Assembly: GCA_030390025.1 (NCBI GenBank)
Contig: CM059446.1
Span: forward strand, 44,082,001-44,146,000
Length of the DNA stretch: 64,000 nt
Direction: 5' to 3'
From: Squalus acanthias
Taxonomy: Eukaryota
The translations under genes were made by a program, and so were the position numbers. The notes beneath the pieces were generated by a model that made no database searches, was not told the origin of the DNA, and saw only the letters and a list, made by a program, of their open reading frames with translations. Positions within the stretch are counted from its first letter, which is position 1. Every line of letters starts with the position of its first letter. Shown here in pieces: positions 25,801-37,800 of this stretch.

Positions 25801-28800
25801 TTCCCAACAGTAACTCCTTTTGAAATTCATTACAACTTAACAGGGTCACATAAAAAACTTGCGTACAACTAGGTTTGAACCCTGGATTAGAACCTGCGTC
25901 CAAAATTCACTTTTTAAATGACATCTTATGTCACAAATAGAAATACATACTCCTTCGCCTCTTCTCATCCGCTTTTTTGGAATGGTCGTGACTACTACTC
26001 GTTGCACTCTCCTTCTCATCCTTTTTATTTTCTGGTTTCTTTGTGGAGCTTGACCCATCCTTGCTTTCTTTTCTCTCTCCAGGTTTTTCGGTTTTCTTAT
26101 CCTCTTTTTTGGAAGAAACTTGGGTCCTTTGTATTTAGGATGAGAGAATTTAAACACCAAACATTAATGGGCTTGTTTATAATTGCAGAACTTTCTAAAA
26201 TGGTTCCAAAGTATTTTCTGTAATATAATACTAGTGGAGTTCCTATGGCATTGCTTATGGCAAATTTGAGATGAATGTGGTGAAAAAATTAAATAAGCAC
26301 AGTGGTGAAATGTTTTGATTGCCTTATACACACACAAATTCCCTATGCTATTTCTCAGTCAGTTGATGAATGTTTTATAAGATGGCAATGGAGTTGCGAG
26401 ACACAACACAGAAAAATCGCTCTGCAGAGCTACTGCCGAGAAGCCAGATGCAAACTATAATCTAACAGTTGACATAACAACATTTAATTGGAATAGTAAT
26501 TTACAATGGTAAATGTTGACTTAAAACTGTGACCATAATTGTGACAGTAGGCAGCAACGCTTGTGGACCTGAAGCATGCAAGATTTGTAAAATATATTTT
26601 CAATCATGTGAAAATTTGGCCAAACAATTCTGAACCGAACTCTCAAAATGCTACTGGGTTGCTGAGAGTTGATCCCCGTACAAATCTTGTCACCTGCAAA
26701 ACTTAACTGCCCTCACCAAAGCTCCTTTCAGTAGATATCTGCGATCCACTAAATAAAAGGAGCTTTTCTCACAATTCATGGCAAGACTGAAGACAAAACT
26801 GCCTACAGCCATCTTATCTGGACAAAAAAAGGACTAAACTTTAAAAGCAATAAGGTTGCATTACTTGCAAATGATATGCAGATAACAGTGTGTTTTAGTT
26901 ATCCCTATTGCCTAAATAAGTACCAAGCTAGCTGATCTCAGCTGCCATATCAGTAGCCACATTGGCCTCAGGACCAGAGTTAAAAAGTGGGAAAAGAGTC
27001 AGGATGGCTGCTCCCGATTGCTAACCAGCAACTCCCACTGAAGTGCACAGGTTTTGACAGGATCAGACTTGACTATGATGTCCCACTGTTTAATAACCTG
27101 GTGACACTCACTGTTCAGGCTCACATACCACTTGGGCGAGATTCTGGAAGGCAATCAGCATCCATGAGAGGAAAAATGCTGGAAGGTGGAAAGCGAAAAA
27201 ATGTGGAGGGAAGAAAGTTGGTTGGGAAAAGAAAAAAGTTCACATCAGCCTTCTTTTCAAAAATCTAGATCATTAAAATGATTAAAAGGAGCAGTCCCGA
27301 GCGACAGGAGCCGGAGACTGGAAGGAGCGGACCTGGAGGGAGCACAGCGAGAGCGGAGCAGTCCCGAGCGGCAGGAGCCGGAGACTGGAAGGAGCGGACC
27401 TGGAGGGAGCAGTTCAAAGGAGGCAGCAACTCAACAGAGGCAGTTTTTGAAAGTGATGTCAGAGTAAAACAAGTGACGTCGGCACAAGGGAAGGAGCCGG
27501 TTGGTGAGTGTATTTTTTTTTTTAGTTTAAGTTTATTTCTGCTAAGTTAGTTAATAGCCTATTAAATAGAGTGAAAGAGCGGATTGGTGAGTAGCTGGGG
27601 AGTGTTTATTGTTAAGTTTTAAGTTTATTTCTGCTGCGTTACTTCTTAGTCTATTAAATAGAGGCATGGCAGGGCAGCTCAGTCCCATGGAGTGCACATC
27701 CTGTGCCATGTGGGAAGTCCTGGACGCTTTGCGTAGCCTGCACGACCACATGTGCGGGAAGCGTCGCAGCTACAGCAACTTGAGCTCTGGGTTTCGGAGC
27801 TTGAGCGGCGGCTGGAGTCACTATGGTGCATTCGCGAGGCTGAGAGTTACTTAAATAGAACGTTTCTAGAGGTGGTCACCCCGCAGCTTAAGAGTATGCA
27901 GGCAGAGAGGGAATGGGTGACCGCCACACAGAAGGAGGATCAGGCCGCTCTCCAACCAGTACTCTGTTCTGAGTACTGGTGAGGGCGATGGTTCGTCTGG
28001 GGAGTGCAGCCAGAGTCAAGTCCACGGCACCACGGGTGGCTCAGCTGCAAGAGGAGGGAGGGGGGGAGGGAAAGAGGGGAGAAGAAAAAAGAGTGGAAGA
28101 GCAATAGTGGTAGGGATTCAATAGTTAGGGGAGCAGACAGGCATTTCTGCAGCTGTAGACGTGATTCTAGGATGGCATGTTGCCTCCCTGGTGCCAGGGT
28201 CAAGGATGTCACTTAGCAGCTACAAGACACTGAGGGGGGAAGGTGAACAGCCAGAGTTCATTGTCCATATCGGTACAAATGACATAGGCAGAAAGAGGGA
28301 TGAGGTCCTGCAGGCAGAGTTTAGGGAGCTAGGAGAGAAATTAAAAAGCAGGACCTCAAAAAGGTAGTAATCTCCGGATTACTCCCGGTGCCACGTGCTA
28401 GTGAGTACAGGAATAGGAGGATAGAACAGATGAATGTGTGGCTGGAGAGATGGTGCAGGAGGGAGGGCTTTAGATTCGTTAGGCATTGGGACCGTTTCTG
28501 GGGAAGGTGGGACCTGTACAAGCCAGACGGGTTACACTTCAACAGAGCCGGGACCAATATTCTCACGGGGAGGTTTGTTAGTGCTGTTGGGGAGGGTTTA
28601 AACTAGCTTGGCAGGGGGATGGGCACCAGCATATAGGAGTAGCAATGAGGAATAAGGTGCATAAGAGAGTATGTGTTGGATAGTACTAGAGAAGATAGTA
28701 CTAGAGGCGGTAGTACTACCATATTAGATAGGAGCAGACTAAGAAAGACTACGTAAAAATTCAAAAAAGTGTTTAGAATGCATGTACGTAAACGCACAAA

Positions 28801-31800
28801 GTGTGGTGAATAAGGTTGGTGAGCTACAAGCACAATTAGCCATGTGGCAATAACAGAAATGTGGCTTAAAAATGGTGAGGACTGGGCACTTAATACTCAA
28901 GAGTACAAGGTGTTCAGAAAAGATAGGGAAGGAAAAAAGGGAGGTGGGGTGTCAGTGCTGATTAAGGAAGACATTGCAGTGTTGGAAAGGGAGGATGTTC
29001 TTGAGGGGACAAGGACAGAATCCATTTGGTTAGAGTTGAGGAGCAATAAGGGTACGATCACACTATTGGGGGTATTCGAAAGGCCTCCAAATAGTGAGAG
29101 GGAGGTAGAGGAGCAAATTTGCAGGGAAATCGCAGAGATATGCAAGAGCTAAAGAGTGGTGATATTGGGGGACTTTAATTACCCAAATAGCGATTGGGAT
29201 AATGCTAGGGTAAAAGGAAAGGAGGGGGAGGAATTTCTGAAATGTGTTCAGGAGAATTTCCTTGACCAATATGTTCTTGGCCCAACTAGGAAGGAGGCAT
29301 TGCTGGATCTAGTGCTGGGGAATGAGGTGGGCCAGGTCGACCAAGTGTCTGTGGGAGAACACCTGGGTACGAGTGATCATCGTATCATAAGATTTAGATT
29401 AGCAATGGAGAGGAGCAAGGAACAATCTAGAGTGGAACTTCTAAACTGAAATAGGGCTAACTTCAATGGGGTGCAAAAGGAACCAAAGACTGACAGGAAA
29501 AACTGTAACGGAACAATGGGTGATCTTTAAGGAGGAGATGTTCCAAGTACAGGCTAGGTACATTCCAACAAAAGGGAAGGGTAAGGGAACCAAAGCAAGG
29601 GCTCCTTGGATGACGAGGGAGATAGAGAAGATGATGAAACAAAAAAAGAGGGTGCATGTCAGGTGAATTCTTCAAGGGAGAACCAGACCAAATACAATAA
29701 GTTGAGAGGGGATGTGAAGATGAAAATACAATTGGCAAAGAGAGAATATGAGAGTAGAATGGCGGTTAACATAAAAGGGAACCCAAAAATCTTCTACCGG
29801 CATGTAAACAGTAAGCGGGTACTAAGAGGCGGGGTGGGTCCTATTAGAGACAAAGAAGGTGTTATATGCTTAGAGGCGCAGGGCAATGAGTACTTTGTAT
29901 TGATGTTTACTAAGGAGGTGGATGCTGACAAAATATCAGTAGAAGTGGAAAAGGTAGAAGCAATGGAAGGGGTGAAAATCGACACCATATTCCAGAAAGG
30001 CTGGGTATGCTTAGAGTGGACAAGTCGCCTGGTCCAGATGGCTTGCATCCCAGGTTGCTAAGGGAATTGGGGGAGGAGATAGCAGAAGGGCTTGCCATAA
30101 TTTTCCAATCTTCCCTAGATGCGGAAGAGGTGCCTGAGGATTGGAAAGTGGCAATGTGACACCATTGTTCAAGAAAGAGTGTAAGGACAATCCTAGTAAC
30201 CACAGGCGGTCAGTTTAACATCAGTGGTGGGTAAAGTTTTAGAAACAATAATCAAGGAAAAAATTAACGGGCACTTGGAGAGGTTTAAACTAATTAAGGA
30301 GAGCCAACACAGATTTGTAAAAGGCAGATCATGTTTGACTAATCTAATTGAATTTTTTGATGAAGCAACAGAGAGGATTGATGAAGGGAATGCAATGGAT
30401 GTTGTCTACATGGATTTTCGGAAGGCATTTGACAAAGTACCACATGGAAGGCTGGTTAACAAAATTGAGGCTCATGGAATAGGTGGGTCAGTGGCAGCTT
30501 GGATAAGGAATTGGCTTAAGAACAGAAAACAGCAAGTTGTGGTAAATGGCTGTTTTCAGACTGGAGGATGGTAGACAGTGGTGTTCCCCAAGGGTCAATG
30601 CTGGGGCCACTGCTTTTTTTGATATAAATAAATGACCTGGATATTGGAAGAGAGTAGAATTTCTAAATTTGTCGATGACATCAAACTTGGGGGTGTGGTA
30701 AACAGTGATGATGATACCAATTGACCAACAGGATATAGAAAGGCTAGCAGAATGGGCAGACAAGTGGCAGATGGAATTTAATACAGAGAAGTGTGAGGTG
30801 ATGCATTTTGGCAGAAGGAACAGGGAGAGTCAACATACACTTAATGGCACAGTTTTAGAGTGTGCAGAGACAGAGGGACCGGGGAGTTAATGTGCATAGG
30901 TCCCTGAAGGTGGCAGGACATATTGAGAGAGTGGTTAGCAAAGCATATGGCATCTTGGGCTTCATAAATAGAGGTATTGAGTACAAAAGTAGAGAAGTTA
31001 TGCTGAACCTTTGGTTAGGCCACAACTGGAGTATTGCGTCCAGTTCTGGTCACCACACTTTAGGAAGGATGTGAAGGCCCTGGAGAGGGTGCAGAAGAGA
31101 TTTACTGGAATGGTTCTGGGGATGGGGGAATCTTAGCTACAAGGACAGGTTGGAGAAGCTGGATTTGTTTTCATTAGAGCAAAGGAGGTTGAGGGGTGAT
31201 TTGATAGAGGTGTACAAGATTATGACAGGTTTGGATAGGCTAGACGGGGAAAGGCTGTTCCCACTAGTTGATGGTACAAGGACTAGGGGACACAGATTTA
31301 AGGTTTCGGGCAAGAGATACAGGGGGGATGTGAGGAAAAACTTTTTTGCACAGCGAGTGGTAAGTACCTGGAATTTGCTGCCGACGGAAGTGGTGGAAGC
31401 AGAGACACTCAATGTTTTCAAGGGGAGACTGGATAGGCACTTGAGGGAAATAAACTTGCAGGGCTATGGGGATAGAGCGCGGAAATGGGACTGACTGGAT
31501 TGCTCTAGAGAGCCGGCACGGACTCGATGGGCCGAATGGCCTCCTTCTGTGCCATTATGAGTTGATTTGCCACCATACACTTACTTGCTACTTGTTTTTC
31601 CACTAGTCGAACTCTTTTTATCACTGCTAATTCTGCTTGAACTCGTCTTCCCGCTTCCATCTTTTGTTGTGGATTCTTTTTTAAAAGGATCATTTTTAAC
31701 CTAAATGGACAAAGACAAGTTGGATTTTTTTTTTTTTAAAAAGGCAAAAGAACTCTTCAGGAGTATTGGACAGATAGGCAGTTTCCAATTTTAGAATTAA

Positions 31801-34800
31801 ACCAAATTCTCAGATGTGACATTGTCCAAAGAAAACTAAATAAAAACCACTTCAGCAATAGAAAACAAGGAATCACATGACTCGTAGCCACATGGATTAG
31901 TTCACTGGTATTTTCTCATTTTGAGCATCAACATCCCTTACCTTGAGAGCAGACATTTACAAGTAGCCATATATCTAGAATATATTATGAAAGATTGTGC
32001 CTGCCTGCACTTCCTATAAACTTTCTCCATTATAAATTCTTATGTCCATATGTATACTGGAAATTGCGAATGTAAACTTGGCATGCTGAAAGTACACCCT
32101 CCCCACAGTTGAGGCACTGCACCACCACTGGACATATGGAAACAAAGATAAGGATCAAATGCATGACTTCAAATGAGGACTGAATTACAGGTGCTCATCC
32201 TAGTCCAATTATATCATGACCTCTAACCCTGCTTCACCTGAAAACTGGGCACAGTCCTGACTCTGTGGAGATTGTGTATATATATATATATAGAATCAAG
32301 CAAAGTACATTTCAACTGTGTAGCATTTTACCCTGTTATTATTTTGAACATATTAAACATGTTCGATAAATACACACATAGAAATGCCTAAAGTTTGACA
32401 ATATCAAGTTCAGTCCAATGAGGGATAGAACCTGAAAGCTTCCTGGTCTGTAGAGCTCAGTACGGCACCAATGCAACTGAGCAATTGGGAGATCTTCAAA
32501 CTGGCATCAAACAATACTGTGCATTTACTTCAGCATTGTTATCACTAATCTTATGAGTCTTAATGGGGGAAAAGAAAATAAGAGTGTGCAGGCAAAACTG
32601 TGTAAAAGATAGTAAACTGAACATAACCACTCTCCCACCCCACTATGAACTCACAGAAGCAAAGCTCCTTTAGAACAGTCTAGTAGTTGTGTGAATCTCG
32701 AATAGGTAAATATTTATAATCCAGACAATTGTGTGCATCAATATAGATTAATGTGCATCACTGTAAATGACACCACAAACAAACTGGTTCAGCGACTAAT
32801 GTATACTTACAGTAACAGAATAAGGTCTTTCTTTAATATTTTACCACAGCTTGTCATACATTGATGCCGTTTAAAGATTTAAAAAAATTAAAAGACACCC
32901 TAAAAAGATTCTACACTAAGTTGTCTCAGACTTTTTGTAACAGTTTCAAATATACCTCCACTGAGTAAACAGATATCAACTCATCATTCCATATAACATT
33001 CATTTGACTTACTTCTAAGCCCATCTGAAACCTTCGTCGCTCCTGACCCCAGTTTTGTAGATTTATTACACTAATGTTCCCTGCTACATGGTTGTCATTA
33101 TTTTTCTGCTAGTATTCTCTCCTGCCTCCATTCCATTGACCCGTCAACTCTAGTATTTATGACAGTTTGTGCTGAAGTCAAATGTTTTCAAGTATTTATT
33201 GTGCTTTTTGCACTAATGGAACACTATAATGGAGAGTGTTCAATGGTCAGGAAAAGGTGGACAAAATTGAGAGGTCGCACAACACCAGGTTATAGTCCAA
33301 CAGTTTTATTTGAAATCACAAGCTTTCACAAGTTTCACAAATAAAACTGTTGGACTATAACCTGGTGTTGTGCGACCTCTCAATTTTGTCCACCCCAGTC
33401 CAACACCGGCATCTCCGCATCAGGAAAAGGTGGCCAGCTATGTAGTATTAGAGACTTCAGTCATGACTGGCAGATTTTTTAGCTCAAGTCTGTGCATATT
33501 AATTTTGAATTTTATTGGTACTTTCGAAAGACATGCTTATACGTCATCTTTTATTTCTTCTGCTTATAAAAAATATGGCATTATCACCTGCACACTTAAG
33601 TCATAGCCAACATGAACATTTTTTAAAAAAAGTTACTTTTTCAACAGAAATCTGCTGTCCATGTAGCTCAGTGCGATGAAGGTGGGAAATACATCTAGAC
33701 ACTTCTGTACTTGAAGACATGGTCACAAATCCATAACATCGAGCACCAGGACTGCGTGCATTGGTTACTACTTTCGCACTCAATACCTATGACAAAATGT
33801 ATACAATTCACATCATGAAATCATCATTGGCGTGACTTAAAAACTTTAATATATATAGTAATTCACACTTCACAGCAAAACATACAATGAACACGTACCT
33901 TGCCATATTTACTAAACAGATTCTTTAGATCAGCTGCTTTAGTATTCGAGGACAAGCCACTAATCCACAGGTTCTTGGTTGAACTGCTAGTGCTGCCACT
34001 GCTACTCCCAGTACTGCTATTAACACCCCCTATGGTATGGATGAAAAATAAAACCACTGCCATCAACACAAATCATATGAAACAATCATTTTACTAAATT
34101 ATTTGAATATATTCAGGGTGCGAACCTCACAATATATTTTTAAACCTTTGAACTGCAGATCACGTTCACCCATCACCCTTGTGCTCGCTGACCTACATTG
34201 GCCCCTGGTCCAGCAATGCCTCGATTTTAAAATTCTCCTCCTTGTTTTCAAATCCATCGATGGCTTCACCTCTCCCTATCTCTGTAACCTCCTCCAGCCC
34301 TACAACCCTCCAAGGTCTCTGCACTCCTCCAATTCTGGCCTCTTGCGCATCTCTGATTTTCTTTGCTCCACCATGGAGAGCCTGCCTTCAGCTGCCTAGG
34401 CCCGAAGCTCTGGAATTCCCTCCCTGAACCGCTCAGTCTCTCTCTCCTCCTTTAAGACACTACTTAAAACCTACCTCTTTTACCAAGCTTTTGGTCATTG
34501 TCCTAATATCTCTGTGTGGCTTAGTGTCAAATTTGGTTTGACGCGCCTCGGGATGTTTTTACTACGTTAAAGGCGCTATAGAAATGCAAGTAGTCGTATA
34601 ACAATGCTGCAACATGAATTTCCAACATCCGAGGCAAACTGTCAAGTTACATTTACAAAATATTTTGAAGGGTGATGCGTTAATCTGGTCTTACCTTTTT
34701 CATCTTTAGTAGAAGTCCTATCTTTCGAATCCTTACTTGAACTATGAACACAAAACAAAGTTAGAAAAGGGAAACCTAAATATTCAAAAAAAGTAGAGCT

Positions 34801-37800
34801 GATTTTTCAAAGTACTACTGACACATTTATAAACACAAAACAATGCATTTTTTTCCCCTAAAAAGCATCAAAATTAAAAGATAACAGACCACTAAATTAT
34901 AAAATTATAAAGAATCTCTGGTCACAAATGTACCAAAGCCAACAAGGCCTACATTTGAACAGAATAGTTCCAAAATCGACTCTTGCATCGACTTTCCAAA
35001 GCTGAATGAAGATCTAGATTTGTGACAATTCTATTCAGTGAGCAAATCACAATCTTCTCCAGTAATCAGGAGTGGTTGTTTTGATTCCATAGGTGAGAAT
35101 TCTCCTTACTTGACTGTGAATTTTTCACACGGGTATGTTGATTGTTCAGGATCAACACAAGGCTTTTTTTTTTTTAATCTTGTAAATTTTCAACAAAAAA
35201 AATAAAAAAAGTGCATAACTGAGCAGAGGAAAAATTACATAGCAAAAAATGCAAGCAGTCAGTCTTGCATCTGTGTTTTAAAAAAAGCACTTTGTTAAGC
35301 CTCTTAAAAAGAATTGGAACAACACTGGCTCGTTAGGTCTCACATTAAGAACCGTGATTACTCACAAATGAAGACCAATCTTACTGTTGGTACTCAGTAT
35401 CATAAATTGACATAGAAAAACAAACCTCTTTGCTTGACTGGATGCCCCAGAAGATGAGGGGCCTTTCTTTGAAGAATCTTTCTCTTTCTCTCCAGCTTCA
35501 GCTTTTCTGGACCCTTCTCTGGTCTCCTTCTTCGCTGACTCTGTTTTTATCCCCTCCTCTTTTCTTCCTTCCTTATGGTTTTTCTCCTTCTTTCCCTCAT
35601 TTTTGACTTCTCCCTTCACATCCTCCTGGGACTGGGACTCCTTTTCAGCTCTGGTTTTATTCTCACATTCTGGAGTTTTCAGGGTTTTACCTGTTTCCAA
35701 GAGATCGTCGCCATCGAAGTCCAACGTGATGGCATCTTCTGCTTGGATTGTGACTGAAATATTATCATCATCCACTTCTTTCATAGATGCATTGGGTTCA
35801 ATTTCATCTTGAACTGTTTGTTGAGCTTCAGCAAGGCCTTGCTCTGAAGGTAGAGATTTAGACACTTCACGAGAACCGTCATCTATATCATCTACATCTG
35901 AGGGATTTAACAGGAATAAACATGGCAAAATACAGGTTTAAATGTCAAAACTTTTACCTAGTAGGTGACCTTATCATTGATATTAAAAAGAAATACAATT
36001 TACCTAAATTAAGAAGGTTAGAAAACTATAAGGTGCATGTGAATCTGAATTCTTCAATGACAAAGTTGTTACGTGCAATACCTTTAATACAAAGTCTTCT
36101 GTGGCAACACAAGCATCCTTAGGAGGAGGAGTTATTCTTTGGTGCATGTATCCCAATTGCAATCTTTCGACTTAATGGAATATGTCTTTTTCCAGCCAAG
36201 GTCTGTTTTCATTTGTACTCATCACTTCAACAAAGTTCAATTGTCCACCAAGGTCCTCTGATTTGAGCATCTCAAATTTCTGGTAAAATCCATCTGATGA
36301 AACGGTCCATGCAAGCCATGTTCTCCACTGTATTCATCCAGATTGTGAAGGGCGTTAACCATCTTCAAAATAATTCCATACTCTATACCACATCTCTCAG
36401 AATCCATCCGTTCATCTTCTTATCACACATTATGGAGAATTGATACCAAACTGCTCAGGATGAAAGTCTTCGGCAGATTCAACATCTCTTTTCATGTACC
36501 GTCTAAATCACACAGCAGTGACGATCTTCAACAGTTTTTTTCCCCCCGAAAAGTTTCATCTACATAGTGTTCGGAGTCCTCCACAGTTCCAAAGCAAAGC
36601 AGAGCAATGTTCGTAGGTTTTGCCTCCATTTATGTTGTTTCATTGTACCAGCTGTGTTTACTACAAAAATCAGAATCTCTACTCTTCAGATTCTAGCCTA
36701 CCAATTCTAGTAGTGCAAGTAAAAGAAATGCATATCACAATCAGTAGAAAGAACCATGCGTTTTCACAAGTGTGAAAACAGATCAGATTTCAAGAATTGG
36801 AAGGTCAATTTGATAAAGTAAAATCCATATTCTGAAAAAAAATGCTCCAATAGCATCAAACAAAAAAACACAAAATAATCCGCTGTTCTCCCATTTGTTC
36901 AAGGGAGCTCTATTAATTTGACATCGTCATACAAGTCACTATGAGGGAGGATATACTGACTTTTACTCCAATATGGAAACATAAACTGTGTTTCATTCAG
37001 GACATAAAATTACGCAGATAAAAATTGGAGGCATTTGTAGCTTAGTGGGAAAAAAAAATAATTGCCACTCATTTTGTGTTGTGCATATTCATACATGCAC
37101 TATAGTAACTGGCAAGTCTACTCTTTGCACCTTTTTACAAGTCACATTTGGATTTTTAAAAAATCTCCTAAATATGCAAACATTCCCCAAAATAGGAGGT
37201 CTTTTAATTCCATTTTACATCCAGTGCCTTGCAATGGCTTTCCAACCTTCATCTATTTATAATAAATCAATCAAAATACAGTGCAAGTTACAAAGTAAAC
37301 TGAAGGGAAGATACAAACTTTGCAAAGGCAGTGGCAACCATTACATACCTTTTTCATTCTCATCCACTTCTGCTTCCTGAAATATCAGTTGAAGACATTT
37401 TTTTAAAAATATGCAATTCTTGAATTCAACAACTTCTTACATTTAGACAAACACAATTAAGATGAACCCCACTTTCGGAGTGCTCCAATATACTGAATGA
37501 ATGTTGCATTAGATTTAAAACAAAATACAATTTGGAACTCGGAATGAAGCCCGTCTGATTCTTTCTTTCTAGCAGGAATAAATCTGAATGCTTAAATGAA
37601 GGTGGTAGGAGGGGGGGAATAAATTGGTAAATGCTATCAAAATTTGGAGCTTCAAAATTAAAATCAAATCTGACAGTGCAGATCCAGAGCTGCAAAAACA
37701 GGTTAGTAGCAGGTCATGGGTGAAAGTACAGTTCTAAAGTTACTGAACCACTTAGAAGGGAAAATAAAGCTGGAAATGTGAGATAGTTTAAAGAGGCTAA

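Noticed and set aside
25846-26160. 104-aa Lys/Arg-rich minus-strand ORF from the ORF track
   Set aside because: Off-frame reading of SLTM exon 12; splice phases select a different frame.
36180-36320. TGATGA boxes suggesting a C/D snoRNA
   Set aside because: No suitably spaced CTGA D box with a terminal stem seen on the host sense strand.
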